Shown here: positions 24,451-34,412 of the stretch, piece after piece
Layout of the letters: each line of letters begins with the position of its first letter
Numbering within the stretch: the first letter of the stretch is position 1
The notes under the pieces: generated by a model
The model's input: only the letters and a program-made list of their open reading frames with translations
Databases searched by the model: none
What the model was told of the DNA's origin: nothing
Virus record (IMG/VR): IMGVR_UViG_3300017707_002109
Location: 1-42,901 of that record
DNA length: 42,901 bases
Strand: one strand, 5' to 3'
Source: a virus
Taxonomy: Duplodnaviria; Caudoviricetes
Translations under genes and position numbers: made by a program

Positions 24451-25353
24451 CTAGATGACTTCGCGAAGGGGAAGGCTCACGGTGAACATCACATCGCCGC
24501 CGCTGAACTGCGGCACGATCTGGTGTTCCTGCGGCGCCGTGAACACGCCCTGCATCGAGAAGCGGTGGAAGTCGGTGGTGGCGTTGGGATCGAGCAGCGC
24601 GAACACATCGCCGTGCCCGCCGCGCAGGCGCTGGATTTCCGCTACGCCGTCGAGCGTCTCGCGCTTGTCGCTGGCCGAGATCTGCAGGGAGAAGCGCCGC
24701 GCCGGCGAGCGCTGGCGGCGGTCGGTGAAGATCTCGCCGTAGTCGGTGCGGGTCTGCACGTCGACCTGGTCGAAGCCGAGGGGCGTGCCGCCGAGGTCGA
24801 AATTGTAGGAGGGCTGCCAGTAGCGGCCGAGCGCCAGGCGGCCGGCCTCGATATAGGTCTGCGTTGCATCAGGGTCGGCGAAGTCGACGCGCCAGTATTG
24901 GTATTGGGCATCGTTGGCCCACAGCAAGGCCGAGAGATGGCGCGGCCAGTACGCATCGGCAGGCTTGCCGGTGACCGGCCACACGCTCTGCCACCCGGTG
25001 TCGATCGCCGGCGCCGCGGTGGTGTCGGCCAGGCTGGCGGCCCCGCGCACCCGGAACACGCCGGCGCCGGAGAAGTTGTGGCCGTTGAGGGCCAGCATGT
25101 TGGCGGCCACCGGCGCCAGGAAGCTCAACGTGATGTAATCCTCGGTGCCGGCGCTTCGCCATACCTTCTTGGGTTGCTGGCCCTGCAGGTTCGCCGCCGG
25201 GAGCGTCGCGACCGCGGAGCCCGCCGCGATGGTCGCGAGGTCGGAATCCTTCGGCGAGAGCAAGACGATGTTGGCGACGGTCGGCGACGCCGGCGCCGAG
25301 TAGGCGGGTGCCGCCGATATCGGCAGCGAGGAGATAGGAGCAACACCGATCAT
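24451..25353 (-). CDS. Tail-tip/baseplate component
   Basis: Position in tail-tip cluster; YWRV...D.....YIEAGRL.LG..W.P..N pattern. Confidence 0.65.
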   Translation of the reverse strand: MIGVAPISSLPISAAPAYSAPASPTVANIVLLSPKDSDLATIAAGSAVATLPAANLQGQQPKKVWRSAGTEDYITLSFLAPVAANMLALNGHNFSGAGVFRVRGAASLADTTAAPAIDTGWQSVWPVTGKPADAYWPRHLSALLWANDAQYQYWRVDFADPDATQTYIEAGRLALGRYWQPSYNFDLGGTPLGFDQVDVQTRTDYGEIFTDRRQRSPARRFSLQISASDKRETLDGVAEIQRLRGGHGDVFALLDPNATTDFHRFSMQGVFTAPQEHQIVPQFSGGDVMFTVSLPLREVI

Positions 25354-25362
25354 CGGGCGGCC

Positions 25363-25968
25363 CTAGACGCGATTCCATTGCGTGCCGGAATACCGGAACG
25401 TCGCCGACTGATAGGCGGCCTGCATGACGAAGCTGGCGGCGCCGTTGATGTTGCCCGACGCGGCGGCCACCGTGATGTTGTAGACGCCAACGTCTAGGTC
25501 GCCCTTGCCGTCGCTCACAACCACCACCTGGCCGGCGACCGGCGAAGGCGGCAGCGTCACGGCGTGCGCGGCGCTCACCGTCTTGTTGATGACAAGCTCA
25601 TAGTCCGCAGCGGTCATCGTGGTGCTGGTGCCGCTGGTGATCGTCCGAATGGGCCGCACGTGGGGAGCGGCGGGCCGTATCAGCGAAATGGTCTTGGTGC
25701 CGGCCGAGAAATTGACGGCCGAGCCGGTGCTCGACTTCAACGGGGTGGCGCGGGTGATGCTCCCGGCCCCGGCGCTGGCGAAGGTGCAAAGCGCGATTTC
25801 CCACTCGGCGGCCGAGGCGTGCTCGATGAGGCCGAGGAATGTGTCGCCGTTGGAGAAGCCGGCCGCCGCGAGCCCCAACATTTTGGAGACGGCGCCGGCC
25901 AGGGTAAGGGCGCCGGTGCCGGTGCTGGTGGTGGTTTCCTGCACCCGGTCGAGGATCTGATGCGCCAT
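25363..25968 (-). CDS. Minor tail protein
   Basis: DRVQETTTSTGTG.LTL.GA...WE...SSTGSAVNFSAGTK motif; VTLP.SP..G..V fibre-anchor-like domain. Confidence 0.75.
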   Translation of the reverse strand: MAHQILDRVQETTTSTGTGALTLAGAVSKMLGLAAAGFSNGDTFLGLIEHASAAEWEIALCTFASAGAGSITRATPLKSSTGSAVNFSAGTKTISLIRPAAPHVRPIRTITSGTSTTMTAADYELVINKTVSAAHAVTLPPSPVAGQVVVVSDGKGDLDVGVYNITVAAASGNINGAASFVMQAAYQSATFRYSGTQWNRV

Positions 25969-26057
25969 TTCTTACCTCATAATTCCGGTGCAGGCTCTCG
26001 GGCCTTCGCTGCGCTGCAGGCCCTGCCGCCCGCCAGCGCCGACGCGACGCGTCGGCG

Positions 26058-27818
26058 CTAACCCCACAGCTTCAGCACCGGTTTGGCGTTGCCGTTGACC
26101 GCGACGCCGAAGCAGAAGAGCCGGCGGGCCGCACCGAGCCCGAGCCGGTTGGCGCCGGTGATGTTGATGACGCGGCCGGCGTAATCGCCGAAGGGATCGA
26201 CCACGGCGGGAATTTCGAACACCTCGCGCCTCGAGCGGAGCAGCCGCATTTGCCGGTTGCCCTCGAGCGTGGCCGGCGCCTCTTCGACAAAGCCGCCGTC
26301 GACTGTCACCACCGGCGCCGTGGGAAATCCGGCGCTCACCCATGGGTCTTCACTTGTCGTGTACCGGGTCGGCCGTTGCAGGATGGCCGAGGCGGCGGCG
26401 CCTACCGCGCCGGCGATCTGGTTGACGTTCATAGGCGTATAGTTGCGCGCCCATCCCATGAGCGTGGTGCGGCGCGGCGGGCGATAGTCAGTCATGGCAG
26501 GCTCATCGACGCGCGACTCGGCATCGCCGGAGTCGGACGGATAAGCCAACGAGAAGAGAGGCGCCGCCGTGGCCGGGTCTTCGATCTGGCCCACCGCCAG
26601 GGTGCCGTTGAGCCGCATTGTCCACCAACCGAGACACCCCGCCATGACTTCGGAGAGCGCGTCGGCCTTCGTGATTTCGGCGGCCCAATAGTAGCCGAGC
26701 GTCGCCGTCTGGTACTGCTCGAGATATTCGAACGCGGCGAGGTCGAGTTGCGTGGCGTCGCTCAAGCGAATGTTGCCGCGGCCCGTCACGATGCGCCGGG
26801 CGATGGCGGCGCGGGTGTGCGGATAGGTGATGCCGTTGATGGAGTCGTTGTCGCCGCGCACATCGGCGGTGATGATGTAGACCGCCGCGGCGCCGATCTT
26901 GAACAGGCCGAGCGCCGTGCACGTCGCGTAGTGGCCGGCTGCCACCGTGGCCGCCGCGAGCAGGGCATAGGTGGCATAGTTGGCATCGAAGGTGAGCGCG
27001 GCCCCGCCGTCCTTCACCGCGTCGATGGCGAGCACCGAGGTGCATGACACCTGATAGATGAGCCCGGTGGCATTGATGAGCACCGGCGAGACGTTGAAGG
27101 GCGAGCCGAGCGCGAGCGGCTTGATGCGGCCGGCAAGCGAGGCATCGCCATCGGCGCCGCCGGTGCCGCCATAGCGCAAGCCATGGAGCTCGGCCTGCGT
27201 GAGTTGCCACGCCAAATCGCGGAGCAGGATTTCCTTTTTCCGAGTGTTGTAGCGAAGGCCGGCGGTGGTGAGCTTGGCCACCGTGGCGAAGGTGTTGAAG
27301 TAGGATTCCGGCTCGCCCCGGCGAACCTCGAGCGGGGCGCCGTCCCAACCGAGGGTCCGCAAGCCGTCGAGCTCGCCATCCGGGTCGATGAGCTCGAGGA
27401 TGCCGACCGTAGCCGAGCCGCCGCCGGCCGGGTCGCTGCCCGCAAAGAGCGCGATTTCATAGTTGAAGGCGCCCGAGAGTTTGCCCGGCACCCACGTGGC
27501 GGCCGGCGTGTCGTCTCCCGCGCTCGAGCGGGCCGCGTTGCCGGTGGCCGCCGGATAGATGGTTGCCGCCGCGCCCTGGCTGGTGAAGTGCCGCGCCGTC
27601 CGCCGGTCGATGCACCCGAACGGCATGGGCGGCGCCGGGATATCCAACGTGAGCGCCGCATCGAAAGGCGTCATCGCCAGCAAATAGCCCTTGCCCTCAT
27701 GGCTGCCGAGGTTGGACGGGTCCACGCCGGTGTAGAGGATGAATGCCCGCGCCACATCGCGCGCGATGGTGCCGAACGGCCACGGTGGTGCCGCGCGGAG
27801 GTAGACCGGATCGCCCAT
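26058..27818 (-). CDS. Tail-tip (hub/Tal-like) protein
   Basis: Directly after TMP; Y.GTGG..G...L.G..KP..LG...NVSPVL motif. Confidence 0.75.
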   Translation of the reverse strand: MGDPVYLRAAPPWPFGTIARDVARAFILYTGVDPSNLGSHEGKGYLLAMTPFDAALTLDIPAPPMPFGCIDRRTARHFTSQGAAATIYPAATGNAARSSAGDDTPAATWVPGKLSGAFNYEIALFAGSDPAGGGSATVGILELIDPDGELDGLRTLGWDGAPLEVRRGEPESYFNTFATVAKLTTAGLRYNTRKKEILLRDLAWQLTQAELHGLRYGGTGGADGDASLAGRIKPLALGSPFNVSPVLINATGLIYQVSCTSVLAIDAVKDGGAALTFDANYATYALLAAATVAAGHYATCTALGLFKIGAAAVYIITADVRGDNDSINGITYPHTRAAIARRIVTGRGNIRLSDATQLDLAAFEYLEQYQTATLGYYWAAEITKADALSEVMAGCLGWWTMRLNGTLAVGQIEDPATAAPLFSLAYPSDSGDAESRVDEPAMTDYRPPRRTTLMGWARNYTPMNVNQIAGAVGAAASAILQRPTRYTTSEDPWVSAGFPTAPVVTVDGGFVEEAPATLEGNRQMRLLRSRREVFEIPAVVDPFGDYAGRVINITGANRLGLGAARRLFCFGVAVNGNAKPVLKLWG

Positions 27819-30800
27819 CAGGCCCGCCGCTGCATCTGCGCGGTGGCCGCGGCCAGCGCATCGGTGGCGGCGCTCAATCGGTCGGCCAGGGTGGCGACCA
27901 TCGCGCGAAGCTCGGCGTTGCTTTGCAAGACCGCGTTTGTGGCTTGGTTGCTGTTGGCCGCGCCCGCCGTGCCCGTCGCGCCGCCGCCCACCCGCTCCTC
28001 GAGGTCGCGCCTGATCTGCTCCACGATGGCCGCATATTCGCTCGAGCTCGCGAAGTAGGAGCGCGCCGAATTCGCATACGCCTCGGCGCTGGTGGCCAGG
28101 CTGTTGAGAGCGGTGCCGCTGCCCGCCCTGGCTTGCGCCAGCGTCGCCTCATAGGTGCCGCGCGTGCCGGCGTAAGAGGTATCCGGCGAGGCGTTGGCCA
28201 GGTCGCCATAGGTGAGGCGCCGAATCAGCGCTTGGAGGTTGCCATAATGCTGTTCCTCGAGCGCGAGCCGCTTGCCGTTCCAATACTCGGTGATGCGGGC
28301 GATATCGACATAAACGCCCTCCACGTTGTCGCGGATATATTCGGCGCTCGCGAGTGAAGCCTTTTTCTCATCCTCAAGGGCGCGCATTTGCACGGCCAGC
28401 GGGTCAAGCATCCCGTCGATGAAGTCTTGAGCGTAGCGCTTGGTTGCCTTCGCCTGCTCGGCTTCGATGGGTGCCAGGGCGAGGCCGTACTCCCGCGCGC
28501 CGTCCGCCATGCTTTCGAAGCTGGCGTTGATTTCCTTGAGCGCCGCCTCGGCCGGGCCGGTCGCCTTGCCGAGCTTGTCGTAGGCGTCGACCAGAGAGAG
28601 CAGGCTTTGCACCGCGGCCACGCTGCCGGGCGCCTTGTTGCCGACCGCCGTGGACAGGGTGGGCGAGGCGCCGCTGAGCGCGCCGCGCGTGATGCTGCCC
28701 GAGAACACCGAGGCTATCATGCGGTCGATGGCCGCCGACTGGTCGCCGCTGCCCTCGCTCAGCTGGTTGGAGCCGAGCACCGGGTCGACGATGTAGGTGG
28801 AGGTCGTGCCCTCGCGCTGGTTGTTCCAGATCGCCGCGCTGAGCGCCTTCGAGGCGTCGAGCTTGCCGCCGGTCGCCTTGAACAGCGCGTCGAGGGTGCC
28901 GCCGACGCCGCCGTGGAGGCCCATCTGGCTGGCGCCGCCATTCTGGAACGTCTCGGCCGCGGTGTACCCGCCGGCGCCGGGGTTGAAGCGGATGTTGGAG
29001 CCGGCGAGCGGCGGCAACGGCGGCGCTTCTCCGCCGCCGAACAGCATCGGAATCAACATGCCCGCCAGGCCGAGGCCCATGCCGATCGGGCCGCCGGCAG
29101 CCCCGAGCATCGGCAGCAGGCCGGCCATGGACGCCATGCCGACGCCGCCGCCGAGCATGCTAAGTGCGCCGCCGATCTTGCCGCCGGTGCTCTTGGAGGT
29201 CGCCAGGCTATAGGCACCCATGCCCATCGACGCGATGCCCGCAATGGCGCCGAGCGGCGTGAGGCCCGCGCCGGCCGCGCCGCTCAACATCGGCACGCCC
29301 TGCATGGATGACGGAGACATGCCGGCATAGGCGCCGGTGAAGGGCGTGTTGAGCCAGTCACCGAGGCCACCGCCGAAGCTGCCGAGGCCGCCGCCGCCCA
29401 TGCCCGGCATGGAAAAGCCGCCGCCGCCGGCACCGCCGCCATAGCCGAGGCTCGAGGCCGTCGCCGGGCTCACCAGGCCGATGCCCGTCAGGCCGCCCAT
29501 GAGGCTGCCGAGCATGGGCCGGATCACCGCGAGCGCGGCAAATTCCGCGATCATGCGGCGGATCATCCGTTGCGCGAAGTTGCCGAGCTCCTGGAAGGAA
29601 AACGCCCCCTTCTCCAGCATCGAGTCGAACATGTCGGCGGCGGTCGACTGGATGGACCCGAGCGCGTTCTTGAGCGGCTCGGTCCACAATTCGTTGGCCT
29701 TCTTGAGCTCGTCGGCCTGGCCTTTTAGCCGCTCGTTCTGCGTGATCGCCTCGGCGCGGCGATCGACGGCGCCCTGCTCGAGCACGGCACCGGACCGCTC
29801 GGCCTCCTGGCGCGACTTGATGAGCGCCAGCTCGCGCGCCCGCACTTCCGGCGCGGCGTTGAGCAATTTCATTTCGGCCTCGAGCACCACGTTCTGGTGC
29901 TCGAGCTCGACCGTCGATTTGGTGAATTCCTCGCGCAGCTTCTCGGCCGCCTTGGCTGCCTTTTCGAGCTCCTTGCGCGCCTTCTCGGCCGCGCTCTCGC
30001 CGCTGCCCTTGACGGCGCTGGTGCTTACGCCCGGCAATGCAGCCGACCCTGGCAAGGGAATGCGCCGCGCCCAATCCTCTTCCGATGCGTAGGAGATTTG
30101 GCGGTCGAGCATCTGACCGTTGCCGAGCGCGTCAATCTTCGCCTGGGTGTGGGCCCGGCTGTCGGGATTCCACTGCTTCGCCAGCTCTTCCTCGAGTTGC
30201 TTGCGCTTAAAGGCTTCCATTTCGGCCGGCGTCGCGAGTTTCAACGCGCCGGGGCCGCTGCCGATCTGGCCTTGCGCACGCGAGTCGTTGAGCACCGTGG
30301 CCCAGAAGCCCTTGCCGGAGGCCCTGCCGCGCTCGAGCTGGTCGGCGATGCCGCCGAGCAGGCCGTTCACCCGCTCGAGGCCGGCGGTGACGATCGGCGC
30401 CGCGAGCTCGGCGAACAGCGCGCGCATCTTGAGGCCGGATTTCTCCGCCTCGTCCGACATTTTGTCGAGCTGCTTGATGACGCTGGCGTCGATCATGGCG
30501 CCGGCGGCCTTCGCCGAGGCGGCCATGGCATCGGTACCGGAGGCGATATCGGCCAGCATCGGCAACATGCGCGCGCCGGCCTTGCCGAAGAAGTCGACCG
30601 CCGCGGCCGAGCGCCGGGCCGGATCCTCCATCCGGGTGATCGCCGCGGCGACCTCCTGCAGGAGCGCCTCGGTCGGGCGGAGCTTGCCCTGGACGTCGAG
30701 GTTCTTGACGCCCAGCGCCGTGAGGGCCTCGACCATTTCCTTGGAGCCGCCGGCGGCCTCGCCCATCTTCTGCGAGAACTTGGAGATTCCGGTTTCGAGC

Positions 30801-31144
30801 TGCTCCAGCTTCACGCCGTTTTGCACGGCGGAGAACTGCAACGCCTGCAGGCCGGTGGTGGTGACGCCGAGCTGCTCGGCCAGTTCGTCGAGGCCGGCCA
30901 CCGCGTTGAGCGAATCCTTGCCCATCTGGACGAAGCGCGCGCCCAACTCGGCGACCATCAGCGCGAGCTGCGCCTTGACCATGCTGCCGAGCGACGTCAG
31001 GCCCCGCTCCATGCGGCCGATAGCACCGTCCATCGAGGCCGCGCTGCGTTCGAGCTTCTCCAGCGCCCGCGTCGCCGCCGCCGAACCGTCGACAGCCTTC
31101 GAGCTGTCGACGACGATGCGGATGATCTTGGTTTCTTCGGCCAT
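27818..31144 (-). CDS. Tail tape measure protein
   Basis: 1108 aa, Ala/Gly-rich helical, LAEQLGVTT..LQ.LQF.A...G, FGKAG..MLP; follows tail chaperones. Confidence 0.92.
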   Translation of the reverse strand: MAEETKIIRIVVDSSKAVDGSAAATRALEKLERSAASMDGAIGRMERGLTSLGSMVKAQLALMVAELGARFVQMGKDSLNAVAGLDELAEQLGVTTTGLQALQFSAVQNGVKLEQLETGISKFSQKMGEAAGGSKEMVEALTALGVKNLDVQGKLRPTEALLQEVAAAITRMEDPARRSAAAVDFFGKAGARMLPMLADIASGTDAMAASAKAAGAMIDASVIKQLDKMSDEAEKSGLKMRALFAELAAPIVTAGLERVNGLLGGIADQLERGRASGKGFWATVLNDSRAQGQIGSGPGALKLATPAEMEAFKRKQLEEELAKQWNPDSRAHTQAKIDALGNGQMLDRQISYASEEDWARRIPLPGSAALPGVSTSAVKGSGESAAEKARKELEKAAKAAEKLREEFTKSTVELEHQNVVLEAEMKLLNAAPEVRARELALIKSRQEAERSGAVLEQGAVDRRAEAITQNERLKGQADELKKANELWTEPLKNALGSIQSTAADMFDSMLEKGAFSFQELGNFAQRMIRRMIAEFAALAVIRPMLGSLMGGLTGIGLVSPATASSLGYGGGAGGGGFSMPGMGGGGLGSFGGGLGDWLNTPFTGAYAGMSPSSMQGVPMLSGAAGAGLTPLGAIAGIASMGMGAYSLATSKSTGGKIGGALSMLGGGVGMASMAGLLPMLGAAGGPIGMGLGLAGMLIPMLFGGGEAPPLPPLAGSNIRFNPGAGGYTAAETFQNGGASQMGLHGGVGGTLDALFKATGGKLDASKALSAAIWNNQREGTTSTYIVDPVLGSNQLSEGSGDQSAAIDRMIASVFSGSITRGALSGASPTLSTAVGNKAPGSVAAVQSLLSLVDAYDKLGKATGPAEAALKEINASFESMADGAREYGLALAPIEAEQAKATKRYAQDFIDGMLDPLAVQMRALEDEKKASLASAEYIRDNVEGVYVDIARITEYWNGKRLALEEQHYGNLQALIRRLTYGDLANASPDTSYAGTRGTYEATLAQARAGSGTALNSLATSAEAYANSARSYFASSSEYAAIVEQIRRDLEERVGGGATGTAGAANSNQATNAVLQSNAELRAMVATLADRLSAATDALAAATAQMQRRA

Positions 31145-31157
31145 CGAGGATCACCCG

Positions 31158-31553
31158 TCACTTCCTGGAGCGCGACCGAGCAGCGGCGGCCCTGGCCTCG
31201 TCGGCCGCGCGGCGCACTTCGAGCTCGACGTAGAAATCGTCGATGTGCGACACGATGGCGACGAAATCGTCGAGCGCCTCGCCGGTATGGCCAAGGCGCG
31301 CGCCCTCGCGGCGGATCGCCTCGAGCGGCACCGGTCGCGGAAGCGAAAGCCCGCCGCCCATGCCCAACGAAACCGACTCGTGCGGCCGGTCACGGGAGAG
31401 TGTGAGGAAGGCCGGCCAATAGCGGGCGGCCTCGGTCGAGAGGCTGGGGCGCGATAGCAACCTGTCAACGGCCCACTCCTGGCCCTTGGCGACGGCGTCG
31501 CGCCAGCCTTTGAGCGCGGCGCCGTTCTCGCTATCCCACCGGATCAGTTTTTT
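31158..31553 (-). CDS. Tail assembly chaperone gpGT-like extension (-1 frameshift product)
   Basis: Open -1 frame entered at A-AAA-AAC; YWPAF..LS.DR...GMGG...P.P...I...D.FYV motif. Confidence 0.8.
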   Translation of the reverse strand, partial: KKLIRWDSENGAALKGWRDAVAKGQEWAVDRLLSRPSLSTEAARYWPAFLTLSRDRPHESVSLGMGGGLSLPRPVPLEAIRREGARLGHTGEALDDFVAIVSHIDDFYVELEVRRAADEARAAAARSRSRK

Positions 31554-31975
31554 GCGGCTTCCACCACCGCTTCGATGCGGGCTCCGCGGAAATTCTTGGT
31601 CTCGTAGACCACGTTGTCGACGACGGCGTAGGCATCGTCGGCGGCCATCAGGAAGGCCGCGCACGCCTCGGGCGAAAACGGGATCTCGACACCCTGGCTC
31701 TTGACGCCCCGCCACCCGATGATCAGGCATTGCGAGTAGATGGTGGCGAGGTACTTTCGCGTGCGCTCGCCCGGCGCGCGGGCATTGCGGAGCCGGTTGA
31801 GCTCGGCGGCGATCTCGTCGCCGCGATTGCGCCACCGCGGGTTGGCGTCGGATGCCGCCAGCACGGTGAGGGTGATGCCACCCGGCAGGCCGAGCTCGGT
31901 GCCCTTCTCGCCTTCGATCTCGCGGTTGCGCTGCATCGGCTCGATGCCGTCGAACTGGTAGACTTCTTTTGACAT
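31544..31975 (-). CDS. Tail assembly chaperone (gpG-like)
   Basis: GGAGG RBS, ATG 31975; IIGWRGV....IPFS.E motif; ends AAKN* on slippery site. Confidence 0.85.
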   Translation of the reverse strand: MSKEVYQFDGIEPMQRNREIEGEKGTELGLPGGITLTVLAASDANPRWRNRGDEIAAELNRLRNARAPGERTRKYLATIYSQCLIIGWRGVKSQGVEIPFSPEACAAFLMAADDAYAVVDNVVYETKNFRGARIEAVVEAAKN

Positions 31976-31996
31976 GGTGCCTCCGGTCGGTGAGGT

Positions 31997-32027
31997 GAGG
32001 CCCCGGCGCCGACCGCGCCGGGGCCTC
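31997..32027. other. 13-bp perfect hairpin upstream of tail chaperone
   Basis: GAGGCCCCGGCGC-CGACC-GCGCCGGGGCCTC, no U tract. Confidence 0.6.
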
Positions 32028-32063
32028 GGTTCGCGGCCCATCGCTGGAACCGCTGGACGGTCG

Positions 32064-32237
32064 CTAGACCGCCTTGGCGAGTCCCTTAGCCACCCAATCG
32101 TCGCCGGTGTGGCCCTGGGGAATGTCCGCGGCTTCCACCACCATGCCCTTGGTGAAGGCCCGCTTTTCCTCGGGCTTGCCGTCGCCCTGGCTTTCGTAGA
32201 CGTGGAAGTTCGCCTCGACGAGATACTTGCCCTCCAT
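32064..32237 (-). CDS. Small hypothetical protein (57 aa)
   Basis: GAGGAG RBS before ATG 32237; W..KGLA C-terminus. Confidence 0.65.
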   Translation of the reverse strand: MEGKYLVEANFHVYESQGDGKPEEKRAFTKGMVVEAADIPQGHTGDDWVAKGLAKAV

Positions 32238-32281
32238 GGCCGGGCGCTCCTCTGCGATGAATTGACGGGCGCCTGGGCGCA

Positions 32282-33205
32282 CTAGGCGACCAGGCGGGTG
32301 AGGGTGATGGCGGAGGTGCTGCCGGAGTCGTAGCGCGCCATGAAGTTGAGCGTGACCATGTGGTCGCCGGTCGCCCCCGGATCGTCGACGTCGGGGTTCC
32401 ACACGTCGCAGTAGGGCAGCAGCAGCGTGTCCTTGTAGTTGGTGGTCGAGCCGATCGTGAGCGAGAGGTCGAGCCCGCTCTGCCGGGTCATGAAGGTCGA
32501 GTAGTCGGCCGAGGCGTTGAAGTAGAAGCTCACCGAGCCGCTGATATCGAAGAGGCCGAGGCCGATGCCGAAGGGCGAATTGCTGCCCCAGGAATGCTGG
32601 TCGCGCATGTTGTTGCTGATGGTCATGTTGAGCGCCATGACCTTGGGCGAGCTCACGCTGAAGAGGTCGCCCACCACGATATCGGCCGGGGTCGAGGGAT
32701 CGTAGCCCGGCGTCGGCGCCGCGTAGGTCGAGCTCGCGATCGCCGAGGTGGCAGCCGTCTCGGCCATGGCGCGGATGCCCCACGACATGGTGCCGGGCTC
32801 GCCGTTGCGGAAGCCGATGGAAAGCGAGTCGACCAGGCAGCCGGCGAGGCGGCGGTAGGGGTCGGTGGCGCCGCCCTCATACTTCTCCTCGAGGGTGAAG
32901 GGCTTTTTCGTGCTGGCGTTCTTGAGCACGTTGGTGCTCCACGCGCCGCAGAGCACCGACTCCCACAGCACGTCGGTGGCGGCATCGCGCACCCAGGGGG
33001 TTTCGATGGTCTTGGGGAAGGTGAAGAGGCCCGAGGTCATGTTGGCGGCCATGCGGTCGCTCCGGCGTTCCGGCGAACGCGACGCCGAGCGCTGCGGCGA
33101 GCCGCTCACGCGGGTATCGCGCAGGAGCAGGAAAGCCGGCGTCGCCGGCGTGGTGCCCATGGTGACTTCCGCAATGATGGCGGATTGCTTGTTTGCGCTG
33201 TCCAT
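32282..33205 (-). CDS. Major tail (tube) protein
   Basis: E.T.GTTP..P..., FTLE..Y, GC.V..LSI, G...ISGSVSFYF tube-protein pattern. Confidence 0.85.
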   Translation of the reverse strand: MDSANKQSAIIAEVTMGTTPATPAFLLLRDTRVSGSPQRSASRSPERRSDRMAANMTSGLFTFPKTIETPWVRDAATDVLWESVLCGAWSTNVLKNASTKKPFTLEEKYEGGATDPYRRLAGCLVDSLSIGFRNGEPGTMSWGIRAMAETAATSAIASSTYAAPTPGYDPSTPADIVVGDLFSVSSPKVMALNMTISNNMRDQHSWGSNSPFGIGLGLFDISGSVSFYFNASADYSTFMTRQSGLDLSLTIGSTTNYKDTLLLPYCDVWNPDVDDPGATGDHMVTLNFMARYDSGSTSAITLTRLVA

Positions 33206-33232
33206 AGCGGATGGCTCCTCTGAGACGGGCGA

Positions 33233-33697
33233 CTAGCCCACGTTGTAAATTTCGTAACCGAGCGCGACGCTTTCCACCCACATGCCACCCTCGTCGAAAC
33301 CGCCGCCCATCGGGGCCACGGCGGTGATGCGGATCGAGCGGGAACCGGCGGCGAAGCGGCGCATCCGGAAGCGGTCGCGCACGGTGGCGAGGTACGATTC
33401 GGCGAGGTCCCGGTTGGTGGTGCCTGACCGCAGCCGGGTGACGGCGCGGATGGTGACCTGGCCCTGCTCGCGATGAAGATTGGCGCCCGGTGCCCCGAAG
33501 GTGAATTGAGCCTCGCTGCCGCCTGGGAACTCGATCTCGAAATACCCGGCGGCGCTGCCAGCCACGGCGGCGGCCGGCGGCGCCGGTTGCTCGGCGGTGT
33601 TGAGCGTGTCCTTGACCGTCCAGGGGATCGACGGCGAGACAGCCAGCACTGTGGCGAGCTCGGCGCGGAACGCATCGCGGAGAGTGTCACCGGCCAT
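33233..33697 (-). CDS. Tail terminator-like protein
   Basis: Synteny; FGAPG...REQG.V motif. Confidence 0.7.
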   Translation of the reverse strand: MAGDTLRDAFRAELATVLAVSPSIPWTVKDTLNTAEQPAPPAAAVAGSAAGYFEIEFPGGSEAQFTFGAPGANLHREQGQVTIRAVTRLRSGTTNRDLAESYLATVRDRFRMRRFAAGSRSIRITAVAPMGGGFDEGGMWVESVALGYEIYNVG

Positions 33698-33707
33698 GGT
33701 CGACTCC

Positions 33708-34412
33708 CTAGCTCGCGAGGCCGGTGGGCTTGATGAAGAACTGCAGGGCCGGGTAAACGTGATCGCGCATGATGCGCTTGCGGCTCGCTCCGCCGCCCTG
33801 ATAGCCCTTCACCTTGAGCCCGGTGTCGAGCTTCACATACTTGAAATCGAAGAACATCGAGCGCCCGTAGCGGCGCACCAACAGCGGCAGCACGACCCGC
33901 TCATAGACGCCGCGTGGCGCCTGGCGGCTCAGGCCTTCGACCGCCGCGGTCTTCACCCGGCTGGCGCCGCGGCCCTTGCTCGCGGCCTTCCGGCCTTCGA
34001 TCTTCTTGGCATAGGGTTGGGGGTTGACGATCTGAACGCGGTCGGTGTCCTTGACCGCGAGCAGCGCCGTGCGGAGGTCGCCGCCGATCTCGACGCCATT
34101 CAGAAGCACGGCATGGGACTGGGCATAGCGGCCCGAGCGCACCGGCGAGCGTCGCCGCAGCTGGTCGAGTGCCCACAACACCGCCTCGGCCATCTGCGGA
34201 CGGCGCGCGAATTCGATCTTGCCGAACGGCCGCACCTGGTCGTAGCCACGGCGCGGGATGCCATCGGTGATGACGACCGGCTGGGTGTCGAAGCCCTTGC
34301 CCACTTCCTCCCGCAGCGCCTTCTCCGCTACCGCGATCGTGTTGGCCTTGACCCACTCGCCCAGGCCCTTGAGGGTCGTGGGCGGGCCGATGTTCTGTAT
34401 GATGACGCCCAT
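33708..34412 (-). CDS. Neck/tail-completion protein (HK97 gp10-like)
   Basis: SPVRSGRY..S, N.QPYA.KIE, QAP.GVY motifs. Confidence 0.7.
   Translation of the reverse strand: MGVIIQNIGPPTTLKGLGEWVKANTIAVAEKALREEVGKGFDTQPVVITDGIPRRGYDQVRPFGKIEFARRPQMAEAVLWALDQLRRRSPVRSGRYAQSHAVLLNGVEIGGDLRTALLAVKDTDRVQIVNPQPYAKKIEGRKAASKGRGASRVKTAAVEGLSRQAPRGVYERVVLPLLVRRYGRSMFFDFKYVKLDTGLKVKGYQGGGASRKRIMRDHVYPALQFFIKPTGLAS

Noticed and set aside
21460-27818. Diversity-generating retroelement or invertible tail-fiber cassette
   Set aside because: No reverse transcriptase or invertase, and no template/variable repeat pair or flanking inverted repeats noticed by eye; a self-dotplot would be decisive
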